Below are positions 26,358 through 34,513 of a DNA stretch of 64,000 nt, piece by piece. Below the pieces are notes generated by a model. It was given only the letters and a program-made list of their open reading frames with translations. It was not told where the DNA came from and ran no database searches. The stretch comes from Pseudonocardiales bacterium. Its GTDB lineage: Bacteria; Actinomycetota; Actinomycetes; Mycobacteriales; Pseudonocardiaceae. The translations under genes were made by a program, and so were the position numbers. The DNA is taken from the NCBI GenBank assembly GCA_019243635.1, contig JAFAUB010000049.1, positions 2,722 to 66,721 on the forward strand. Reading direction: 5' to 3'. The stretch's first letter is position 1. Each line of letters opens with the position of its first letter.

Positions 26358-27132
26358 GGCCCATCATCGGACGTCGGTCGCCGCGCGCTGGTTCCGACCG
26401 GCCGGGGCTCGGCCGGGGGCGCCTACCCGGCTGTTCCTCTTTCCGCACGGCGGGGGCGCGGCGGCGGCCTACGCGCACTGGTCCGCGCTGCTGCCCGCCG
26501 ATGTCGAGCTACTGCTCGTCCAGCTCCCCGGCCGGCACGACCGCCACATCGAGCGGCCGTTCACCCGGGTCGAGCCACTGCTCGAGGCGCTGCGCGAGGC
26601 ACTGGAGGCCGAATGGGACGGCCGGCCGGCCGCCTTCTTCGGGCACAGCATGGGCGGGATGCTGGCCTACCGGCTGACCGTGGCGTTGCAGCGGGACGGC
26701 GTCCCAGGCCCGGCCCTGCTCGGCGTGTCCAGCTGGGCGCCGGCGGGCTGCCTCGACGGTGCCCGCGAGCTCAGCGACCTGTCCGACGCCGAGCTCGCCG
26801 CGACGGTCGCCGACCTGGGTGCGCTGCCGGCCGTGATCTCAGCCAGCCCGGACATGCTCCAGGTGGTGCTACCGACGCTCCGCGCCGACCTCGCGGTGTA
26901 CGGCGACCATGTCGACGACGCCGCCGTCGTGTCCTGTCCGGTCGCCGCGTACGGCGGAAAGTCCGATCCGCTGCTGGTACCCGGGGCGATGGCGCTGTGG
27001 GCCACCCGCAGCGCCGCGTTCCTGGGAGTCCGCGAGTTCCCGGGCGGCCATTTCTACCTCAACGACCATGCGGTCGCGGTCGCTGGTGACCTGGCTCGCC
27101 ACCTGCACCGGCAGCTGACTAGCTCAGCCTGA
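26356..27132 (+). CDS. type II thioesterase (alpha/beta hydrolase)
   Basis: RLFLFPHGGGAAAAY, GHSMGGMLAY and C-terminal GGHFYL are typical of PKS/NRPS editing TEII enzymes. Confidence 0.85.
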   Translation: MAHHRTSVAARWFRPAGARPGAPTRLFLFPHGGGAAAAYAHWSALLPADVELLLVQLPGRHDRHIERPFTRVEPLLEALREALEAEWDGRPAAFFGHSMGGMLAYRLTVALQRDGVPGPALLGVSSWAPAGCLDGARELSDLSDAELAATVADLGALPAVISASPDMLQVVLPTLRADLAVYGDHVDDAAVVSCPVAAYGGKSDPLLVPGAMALWATRSAAFLGVREFPGGHFYLNDHAVAVAGDLARHLHRQLTSSA

Positions 27133-28045
27133 CCGCGGACACGATCGGCATCACCCCGGTCGAGCTGTACGTCACCGACCTCACCGTCAGGCCGGCCTCC
27201 GCCAGCTGCGCCCGCACCTCGGCCTCGGTGGCGAAGTTCAGGTACCTCACCTGGAGAATGTCACCGAACAGGGACAGCTCGTTGCGCAGGTCTTCTTCGG
27301 TAACGCCGTACCTGTCCCACTCGCCGGCTCGGTCGGGGGCCTCCCATGGTGGTGGCGGCGGCGGGGGAAGGAAGCTCAGCAACAACTGACCGCCCGGCCG
27401 CAGGGCTCGGGAGAAGTTGCGATACAAGGCCGCCAGCCGCCGCGGGTCCGACTCGTACATGTTGAGCCCGTTGCTCACGACGAGGTCGAGCTCGCCATCG
27501 AGATCGAGCTGCCAGGCGTCCCGGACGAGGAACTCGCAGTGTTGCACGATACCGTGCTTCGCGGCGTTCTCCCTGGCCAGCTCGATCGACTCGGCATCGA
27601 CATCGACGCCGACCAGCGTGAAACGCTCAACGGACCGGTAGTCCTGCTGCACCAGGTCGTCCATGGCGCCGCACGGTATCGAGGCCAGCACCGCCGCCTC
27701 GGTCACGCACTCGGCGACTTGCGCCTTGAACCGGTGAAAACGTTCCCGGCCTCCGCGCAGCAGGGAGTTGTTGAGCAGCCAGTGCTCCACGGGGGAGGAT
27801 GTCGCATCCCCTGGCGAGTACTGGAAGATGTACGAGGTCCAGTACCCGTTCAGGCCCCTGTTGTGCAGCAGGAACCGGCCGAGCTCGAACTCCTGGAGCT
27901 GAGCGAGCAGGTCGAGTGTCTGCTCGAGCGGCAGGACGAGCTTGTCCGCCTGCCTCAGCCTGCCCTCGACCTCCGCTGCCAGCTGGGCCGTCGATGGGCC
28001 GTCCGGAACCCTGGTCCTGGTATGGTGAGAGATCATGATGCCCAT
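27119..28045 (-). CDS. class I SAM-dependent methyltransferase
   Basis: 308 aa. Motif I-like LASIPCGAMDD, post-I VGVDVD, and NGLNMY...PGGQLLLSF are consistent with a Rossmann-fold methyltransferase. Confidence 0.75.
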   Translation of the reverse strand: MGIMISHHTRTRVPDGPSTAQLAAEVEGRLRQADKLVLPLEQTLDLLAQLQEFELGRFLLHNRGLNGYWTSYIFQYSPGDATSSPVEHWLLNNSLLRGGRERFHRFKAQVAECVTEAAVLASIPCGAMDDLVQQDYRSVERFTLVGVDVDAESIELARENAAKHGIVQHCEFLVRDAWQLDLDGELDLVVSNGLNMYESDPRRLAALYRNFSRALRPGGQLLLSFLPPPPPPPWEAPDRAGEWDRYGVTEEDLRNELSLFGDILQVRYLNFATEAEVRAQLAEAGLTVRSVTYSSTGVMPIVSAVRLS

Positions 28046-28111
28046 CGTTGCTCTCCTTCTGGTCGAAGCGTTGGAGCCCTCGACGCCGAGGGCCGGGGCG
28101 GTGCGGACGAG

Positions 28112-29347
28112 TCAGGCGGCGCCCACCACGAGCACCGCATTCTGTCCACCGAACCCACATGAGTTGCTGATCGCGGCCTGGATCGGCATGGTTCGAGGTT
28201 CCTTCGCCACCACGTCCACGTCGATCCCCGGGTCCTGACTGTCCAGGTTCGCGGTCGGCGGCACCACGCCGTACTGGACGGTGAGCACCGTGCAGGCCGC
28301 TTCGATCGCACCGGCGGCACCGAGCGAATGTCCGGTGACACCCTTGACCGAGGTCACCGCCGGGCGCTCGCCGAAGATCCGCCGGAGCACGTCGGCCTCG
28401 ATCACGTCGTTCAGCCGCGTCGACGTGCCGTGCGCGTTCACATGGTCGATCCGCTCCGGCCGCAACCTCGCGTCGGTCAGCGCCATCCGGATCGCCCGCT
28501 CCACCCCGGCACCGCTCGGGTCGGGTGCCGTCGCGTGGTGCGCATCGGCGGACGCGCCGTAGCCGATGATCCGGGCCCGGACGCGGGCGCGTCGAGCCTG
28601 TGCGTGCTCGGGGCGTTCCAGCACGAGAAATCCAGCACCCTCCGCCGCCACGAACCCGTCCCGGAGGGCATCGAACGGTCGTGAGGCCCCAGCCGGGTCG
28701 TCGACCCGCCGGGACAGCGTGCCCATTCTGGTGAACGCGCTGATGACCAGCGGGGTGAGGCCGGCCTCGGTGCCACCGGCCAGCGCCACGTCACATCGAC
28801 CGGAGCGGAGCAGCTCGCGGGCCGTGCCGATCGCCGTGGTGCCGGAGGCACAAGCGGCGGCCGTGACCAGGTTCGGACCCCTCGCGCCGGTGTCGACCGC
28901 GAGATAGCCGGCCACCATGCTGACCGCCATCATCGGGATGGCCATCGGCGACACGCCGTCCACCCCGTCCTCGCGCAGCACGTCGTGCTGCTGCTCATAG
29001 GTCGCGGTCCCACCGAGCGCACTGCCGACCACCACGCCCACCCGGGCCCCGTTCCAGGTCGCCGGGTCCAGCCCGGCGTCGGCGATCGCCTCCCGGGCGG
29101 CGACCAGCGCCAGATGCGTGTATCGATCGGTACGCCAGGTGACGCGGCGGTCGAGCAGCTTGTCGGCATCGAACCCGGGCACCCGCGCGCTGAAGTCGAC
29201 CGGCATACCGGCCAGCTCCGGGTCGTACGTCGCGGCCGGCGCCCCGAGCAGGATCCGTTCCCAGCTCGCCGGGACGCCGATACCGGCCGGGGTGACCAGC
29301 CCCACGCCGGTCACCGCGACGTCGAAGGGCGACACGCCGTCCGACAT
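28112..29347 (-). CDS. beta-ketoacyl-ACP synthase (FabF/KAS II-like)
   Basis: Cys-His-His triad context: TAAACASG, NAHGTSTRLND, KGVTGHSLGAAG. 411 aa. Confidence 0.9.
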   Translation of the reverse strand: MSDGVSPFDVAVTGVGLVTPAGIGVPASWERILLGAPAATYDPELAGMPVDFSARVPGFDADKLLDRRVTWRTDRYTHLALVAAREAIADAGLDPATWNGARVGVVVGSALGGTATYEQQHDVLREDGVDGVSPMAIPMMAVSMVAGYLAVDTGARGPNLVTAAACASGTTAIGTARELLRSGRCDVALAGGTEAGLTPLVISAFTRMGTLSRRVDDPAGASRPFDALRDGFVAAEGAGFLVLERPEHAQARRARVRARIIGYGASADAHHATAPDPSGAGVERAIRMALTDARLRPERIDHVNAHGTSTRLNDVIEADVLRRIFGERPAVTSVKGVTGHSLGAAGAIEAACTVLTVQYGVVPPTANLDSQDPGIDVDVVAKEPRTMPIQAAISNSCGFGGQNAVLVVGAA

Positions 29348-29586
29348 CAGGCCGCCATGCCCTTGCCGTGGATCAGTTGCACCAGGTCCGCGACGGTGTC
29401 GTTCGGGGATATCTCGTCCGCCCCGACGCGGATGCCGAACTCCTTCTCCGCGACCAGACCGAACTCCACCAGCGTGAGCGAGTCCAGGTCGAGGTCAGCC
29501 AGCACCGCGTCGGCCTGGAACTCCTCTTTCCCTACCCCGAACCGGGTGCACAGCAGCATCTCGACACGGCTCAGCAGGTCTTTCAT
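29347..29586 (-). CDS. acyl carrier protein
   Basis: 79 aa with LADLDLDSLTLVEF (DSL phosphopantetheine site). Its stop overlaps the KS start. Confidence 0.85.
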   Translation of the reverse strand: MKDLLSRVEMLLCTRFGVGKEEFQADAVLADLDLDSLTLVEFGLVAEKEFGIRVGADEISPNDTVADLVQLIHGKGMAA

Positions 29587-29621
29587 TCCTCATCCCTCCC
29601 GTAGTGTCCCGGTCGCCCCGG

Positions 29622-30581
29622 TCAGGTCAGCGCCTCGGCCAGGCCCATATAACGCAGCCGGGCGGCCTTCATGTCGGTCGACCACCGGTGCGAGGCGTCC
29701 TGACGTTCATCAGCGGTCGTGTCGACCAGGCGCCGGCCCGGCCAGATCTCGTAGTCACCCACCACGTCGGCGTACTGCGCCATACCCTGCTGGAACAGCT
29801 GCTCGCGCCGCTGCAGCAGGTCCGGGATCGGTAGCTCCTCCCACAGCCGCATTCCGTCACGAATGATGGCCAGCACCCGGGGCTTGTCCTCCGGGTGGTC
29901 GATCAGGTGCTGCCGGCCGACCGCCGCGCCGACGGTCAGGTGCCGGATCTCGTCGATCGCGGCCCCTCGGTCGATCTCGGACGCAGCCGGGTCGAGCATC
30001 CGCCATTTGCGCTCGGAGAGCTCCGCGGCGGGGGCCAGCGCACCCTCGATGATGACCGTGAGCACGATCACGCCACCGAGGAAGTCGCGCTTGTCCCGCA
30101 TCACGTCGAGGGCGAAGTCCTCCAGCGGGTCGAGAATGGTCCGTCGATCAGCGCCCGCGAACTCCTCCATGGCGTCGACGAGGTGAACCTGTGGAACGCC
30201 GAGCTCGACCAGGTGCCCGCGGAACACCATCGCATGCCGGGCCTCGTCCAGAACCTGAGTGACGTAGAACTCCATACTGTCGATGTCCGGTGCGACGGGA
30301 ACCAGATAGGCCAACACGCGGGCCGCCTTCTCCTCGGCCATCGCGCGGAATGCGTACTCCTTGGTTATCGCGTCGTACAGGGGCCCCGGCTTGCGCATGT
30401 ACTCCGGGATCGGCAAGCCGGGTGTATACCCGTCGACCCGGCCGCGCAGAGTTCCCAGGGGCACCGACTGCAGCCAGTACCGTAGGTTGCAGTCCTGGGG
30501 GGTCAGGGTGAGGTTCATGGCGCCGTCCAGCAGGTTGGGCGCGGTGTCCCAGCTCGCTTCAGCGGGAGTCGTCTCGGTCAT
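29622..30581 (-). CDS. ferritin-like non-heme diiron oxygenase (VlmB/AurF-class candidate)
   Basis: 319 aa with two E...EXXH half-sites: AEEKAAR ... LDEARHAMVF and IIEGALAP ... IDEIRHLTVG. Translationally coupled to the upstream flavin reductase (TGATG). Confidence 0.65.
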   Translation of the reverse strand: MTETTPAEASWDTAPNLLDGAMNLTLTPQDCNLRYWLQSVPLGTLRGRVDGYTPGLPIPEYMRKPGPLYDAITKEYAFRAMAEEKAARVLAYLVPVAPDIDSMEFYVTQVLDEARHAMVFRGHLVELGVPQVHLVDAMEEFAGADRRTILDPLEDFALDVMRDKRDFLGGVIVLTVIIEGALAPAAELSERKWRMLDPAASEIDRGAAIDEIRHLTVGAAVGRQHLIDHPEDKPRVLAIIRDGMRLWEELPIPDLLQRREQLFQQGMAQYADVVGDYEIWPGRRLVDTTADERQDASHRWSTDMKAARLRYMGLAEALT

Positions 30582-31099
30582 CAGCTCAGCTCCTTGAGGC
30601 GGGCCACACCCGAGTACAGTCGGCCGGAGAAGTAGAGCAGTGGGTCGCCGTCGCCTGCGGTGACGGCGGTGACCCGGGCGAGCACGAACTCGTGGTCACC
30701 CATGGGGATCCGCCGCTCGAACTCGCAGCCCAGCCAGCACATGGCACCGATCAGCAACGGAACTCCGTCACGCAGTCCGGGAACCCAGGGGACACCGCGG
30801 AACTGCGCGGTGCCGGTCCCGCGCAACGGGTCGGCGAAGTGCCGGGCTAGCTGAGCCTGATGACCGGCCAGCACGTTCACCGCGAAGGAGCCGCGTTCGG
30901 TGACCATGTCCAGCATCGAACTGCCTTGTCTGAGGCAGACCGAGATCAGCGCCGGCTCGTGGGAGATGAAGGTGAACGCGCTGACCGTCGCGCCATGCGC
31001 CGTACCAGCCGATCCGGCGGTGACCACCGCGATCCCGGTGGCGAACTTCCGGGCGGCGTCCCAGAACAGTGTGGTGTCCAGCCGCTCCGCGGCGGTCAT
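30581..31099 (-). CDS. flavin reductase (NAD(P)H:flavin oxidoreductase, HpaC/VlmR-like)
   Basis: 172 aa. ARKFATGIAVVTA...HGATVSAFTFISHEPALISVCL is characteristic of the flavin_reduct domain. Confidence 0.8.
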   Translation of the reverse strand: MTAAERLDTTLFWDAARKFATGIAVVTAGSAGTAHGATVSAFTFISHEPALISVCLRQGSSMLDMVTERGSFAVNVLAGHQAQLARHFADPLRGTGTAQFRGVPWVPGLRDGVPLLIGAMCWLGCEFERRIPMGDHEFVLARVTAVTAGDGDPLLYFSGRLYSGVARLKELS

Positions 31100-31581
31100 G
31101 ACGGCACAGCTCGCCGGTCCGCGACCGACTGCCGCGGACCGGTCCCGTCCAGTTCCGCCTGTAGCCGGACGAATGCCGGATGCGCCGTCGGCTCGAAGGT
31201 GACGCTGAAGGGCTTGAGGAAGTTCCCGAACAGCGCACGGTCACCGCACAGATGGATCGGAATGGCCAGCAGGGCCCACTCCGGGCCGATCAGCCAGATC
31301 CACAGCAGGACCACCACAGAATGTGTGACGAAGCTGTGCATGGTGTTGTAGAGCACGTAGTAGGTCCTGGCGACCCGTTTCGTCCCGCTGAAGCGGTAGG
31401 CGATCGCGCCGGGCAGGTATCCGACGAGGTCTATGTACAGGAACAGGGCCACTGCGGGAACCCAGCGAACATCGTCGATGTGAGCGATGAAGAAGTAGAG
31501 GCTGACGCCGAGTGCGACCAGGTACTCCAGCCGGATCAGCCGGTAGGTGGCGCGGGACTCGAAACGGTTCACCATGTCCAT
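31096..31581 (-). CDS. small polytopic membrane protein, function unknown (VlmO-like role is possible)
   Basis: 161 aa with about four predicted TM helices (LVALGVSLYFFIA; VPAVALFLYIDLVGYLPGAI; HSVVVLLWIWLIG; ALLAIPIHL). Start and stop codons overlap both neighbours. Confidence 0.55.
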   Translation of the reverse strand: MDMVNRFESRATYRLIRLEYLVALGVSLYFFIAHIDDVRWVPAVALFLYIDLVGYLPGAIAYRFSGTKRVARTYYVLYNTMHSFVTHSVVVLLWIWLIGPEWALLAIPIHLCGDRALFGNFLKPFSVTFEPTAHPAFVRLQAELDGTGPRQSVADRRAVPS

Positions 31582-32102
31582 CAGTGGTCCCCTGCCATGA
31601 TGTGAATCCCAGAGCCGTCCGGCAGCTCGCCGAGGTCGGTCAGTGCGGCGCCGCCTTCGAGCACGGTGACCTGGCCGACGACGTCGGCCAGCACGGCACA
31701 GATCGCCCGCTTGATCACTCGCTCGGCGAGCGGGTCCATGATCCCGGCCAGGCTTTCGATGCCGAAGTCGTAGGTGACGCGGAGCTCCACACCGCAACCG
31801 GATGCGGTCGGCGTGAGCTGCCAGGAGCCGCGGAAGTCGTCGAAGTCGCCGTCGATCTGGCTGAACTCCACGCGCAGCCGTTCGTGGTCGATGTCCTCCC
31901 ACTCGGTCCAGCGCATGATGCCGCGCCGGAAGTTCACCTCCCAGTCGGTGTGCTGTTCCCGGCCCGCGGCAGAGGCTGGGTGGGTGGCGACGGACCGCAC
32001 GTCGGGAGACACCGCCGGATAACGCGCGAAGTCGGTGATGTGCTTGAACACCAGATCGGCGTCCTCGGTCGGAACCTCCGCGAGGAGATGGATACTTCGC
32101 AT
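31581..32102 (-). CDS. SRPBCC-superfamily (START/cyclase-dehydrase-like) protein
   Basis: 173 aa. DFARYP...W...F..G.M.WTE...D......F.Q..GDF..F.G.W.L is the typical polyketide_cyc2 pattern. Confidence 0.6.
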   Translation of the reverse strand: MRSIHLLAEVPTEDADLVFKHITDFARYPAVSPDVRSVATHPASAAGREQHTDWEVNFRRGIMRWTEWEDIDHERLRVEFSQIDGDFDDFRGSWQLTPTASGCGVELRVTYDFGIESLAGIMDPLAERVIKRAICAVLADVVGQVTVLEGGAALTDLGELPDGSGIHIMAGDH

Positions 32103-32132
32103 GTCCGGTTTCCCTGTCTCATCCAGTGGTGC

Positions 32133-33374
32133 TCAGTTCAGTACAGCCTTGGCCGCCTGCTCGAACGCATCGAGCAGTAGCTGGATCTCGGTGTCGTCGA
32201 GTACCGCCGGCGGGGTCAGTCGCAGGACCCGGTCGCAGTTCAGCGAATGGTTCGCGACCACCCCGGCCGACATCAGCTCCAGCAGCAGGTCGCCGGCCAT
32301 CCCGGGCACGGTGAGCTCGATGCCGATGAGCAGCCCCAGCCCGCGCACCTCGCGCAGCCGCCGGCCGAACACGGCGGTGCTGATCCGGGTCAGCTCCGGC
32401 CTCAGCTCGGCGCCGATCCGGGCCGCCCGTTCGACCAGACCCTCGTTTTTGATCACTTGGACAGTGGCCTGAGCGGCGGCCATGGCGAGTGGGTTCCCGG
32501 AGAACGTCGAGGTGTGGATGAACGGGTCCTTGTCGAAGGCGCGGAACGCCGCTTCGGTGGCCACTGCGGCGGAGACCGGCACCACTCCGCCGGACAGGAT
32601 CTTGCCGACCAGCAGCACGTCGGGGGTGACTCCCTCGCGCGAAGCCCCCCACCAGTGGCCGAGCCGTCCGAGCCCGGTCTGCACCTCGTCCAGCACGAAG
32701 AACGCCCCGTACTCCCGGCACAGCCGCTCAACGTCACGCAGGTAACCGTCCGGTGGCACGATCACCCCGGCCTCGCCCTGCACCGGCTCGACGATCACGC
32801 AGCCGCCGCCCTCGTGCTGGGCCAGCTCACGGCGTAACGCGTCCGGATCGCCGAACGCGACGTGGGCCACGCTGGGCAGCAGCGGCCGGAACGGCTCCTG
32901 GAAGAGGTCTTTGGCCGTCACGCTCAGCGCACCCATCGTCTTGCCGTGATAGCCGTTGGTCATCGAGATCAGGTGCGTCTTGCCATGAGTGCGGGCCATC
33001 TTGATCGCGGCCTCGACCGCCTCGGCGCCGGAGCCCGCGAAATGCACCCGAGTGAGCCCGGGTGGGGTGACCGAGACCAGCTCGGCGGCTGCCCGGGCCA
33101 CCTCCGGCTCCAGCAGCAGCCGGGTGGCCACCGGGTTGGTGTTGAGCTGTCGGGTCACCGCGGCGACCACCCGCGGGTGCCGGGAGCCCAGCAGCAGCAC
33201 GCCGTACCCACCGCAGTTGAGCAGCCGGCGCCCGGTCGCGGTGTGCACCCACGCCCCGGAGGACGACACCTCCACGTCGCCACCGAACATCTCGCCCAGC
33301 GAGGCCCGACCCGAACTGAGGTGGGTGCGGTACCCGTCGAGCGTCGTGTCCGGGTCGGTGTCGGCCAGGGTCAT
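32133..33374 (-). CDS. class-III PLP-dependent aminotransferase
   Basis: 413 aa. GSGAEAVEAAIKMAR, FVLDEVQTGLGRLG, LVGKILSGG (Schiff-base Lys), TFSGNPLAMAAA. Its ATG overlaps the ACAD-like stop. Confidence 0.9.
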   Translation of the reverse strand: MTLADTDPDTTLDGYRTHLSSGRASLGEMFGGDVEVSSSGAWVHTATGRRLLNCGGYGVLLLGSRHPRVVAAVTRQLNTNPVATRLLLEPEVARAAAELVSVTPPGLTRVHFAGSGAEAVEAAIKMARTHGKTHLISMTNGYHGKTMGALSVTAKDLFQEPFRPLLPSVAHVAFGDPDALRRELAQHEGGGCVIVEPVQGEAGVIVPPDGYLRDVERLCREYGAFFVLDEVQTGLGRLGHWWGASREGVTPDVLLVGKILSGGVVPVSAAVATEAAFRAFDKDPFIHTSTFSGNPLAMAAAQATVQVIKNEGLVERAARIGAELRPELTRISTAVFGRRLREVRGLGLLIGIELTVPGMAGDLLLELMSAGVVANHSLNCDRVLRLTPPAVLDDTEIQLLLDAFEQAAKAVLN

Positions 33375-34513
33375 CACCTCACCACCATCGGAGCGCCGCC
33401 GTAATAGTCGACCAGGGCGTCGGCGACGCTGCCCCGCGACGGCGGGTGGAACGCGATCGCGTGCGAGGCCGCAGCCAGGTAGGCGACATCCGGTGAGGAG
33501 ACGTAGGCCATACCACCGAGCAGCTCGACTGCCTGGTTGACCGTCAGGCACACCGCATCCTGCACGCCGAACCGGGTGACCAGCGCCTGGGCCAGCCCGT
33601 CGTTGTCCACCTCGCCGTCCATCACCCGGCGGGCGAGGCCCTCGGTCAGGGCGGCGGCGGTCTCGATCCGCACCGCGAGCGCGGCGCGGTCGGCCACCGC
33701 GCCCCGGCCCCGGTCCAGCACCTGGGCCACCAGCGCGCTGGCGATGCCGGTGTAGGCCGCGCAGACCGTCATCTCGAACCAGATCAGGCCCACCGTCTGC
33801 AGCTGGTCCAGCTCGTCGGCCAACGCCGGGTCAGGCTTGATGATCTGGTCCTCGGTGACGAAGACGTCGGTCAGCCGCACCTCGTGGCTCTGCGCGCCGG
33901 CCAGCGCGAAGCTGGACCAGAACGGGTGGATCGACACACCCGGGGTGTCCGCGGGCAGCATCAGGAAGCCCATGCCGACGTCGCCGTCCCCGTCCCGGAT
34001 GCCGACGCTCGCGGTGAGCAGATCCATCGAGCCGGCCAGGCTGCACGGCTTCTTCGACCCGGTGATGTGGTAGCCGCCGTCGGTCGGCAGCGCCTCCACC
34101 TGCGGGGCGAGGATGCCTTGGTTGCTGCGACCCTCGGCGAAACCGGAGGCGACCAGCATCCGCTCGCCGGCCACCCGCTTGAGCAGCAGGTCGTCCAGGC
34201 CGCTGTCGGCACCGACCGCATCGGCCACCGCGTACAGCGTGCCGATGGAGAAGTGGTGCATCATCGTGGCCACGGTCAGCGACGGGGCCACCGAGCCGAG
34301 CGTGCGCTGCACCCGGACCGCCTCCAGCGCGGTGGCCCCGATTCCGCCGTAGGACCTCGGCACCAGCAGGTTCGGCCCGCCGTACGAGCGGAACAGCTCG
34401 ATGGCCGGGTTGTTCTCGGACTCCAGCTCGCGCAGGGGGATCGTGGCCAACCGTTCCCGTAGACCGGGCAGCAGAGCGTCACATGTCTGCTGGTCGGCTT
34501 CCATGAATCGCAT
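33374..34513 (-). CDS. acyl-CoA-dehydrogenase-fold flavoenzyme (VlmH-type amine N-hydroxylase candidate)
   Basis: 379 aa with ACAD-like three-domain organisation (N-terminal helical, middle beta with GYHITGSKKPCS, C-terminal helical). No confident catalytic-base assignment. The flavin reductase lies in the same operon. Confidence 0.6.
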   Translation of the reverse strand: MRFMEADQQTCDALLPGLRERLATIPLRELESENNPAIELFRSYGGPNLLVPRSYGGIGATALEAVRVQRTLGSVAPSLTVATMMHHFSIGTLYAVADAVGADSGLDDLLLKRVAGERMLVASGFAEGRSNQGILAPQVEALPTDGGYHITGSKKPCSLAGSMDLLTASVGIRDGDGDVGMGFLMLPADTPGVSIHPFWSSFALAGAQSHEVRLTDVFVTEDQIIKPDPALADELDQLQTVGLIWFEMTVCAAYTGIASALVAQVLDRGRGAVADRAALAVRIETAAALTEGLARRVMDGEVDNDGLAQALVTRFGVQDAVCLTVNQAVELLGGMAYVSSPDVAYLAAASHAIAFHPPSRGSVADALVDYYGGAPMVVR

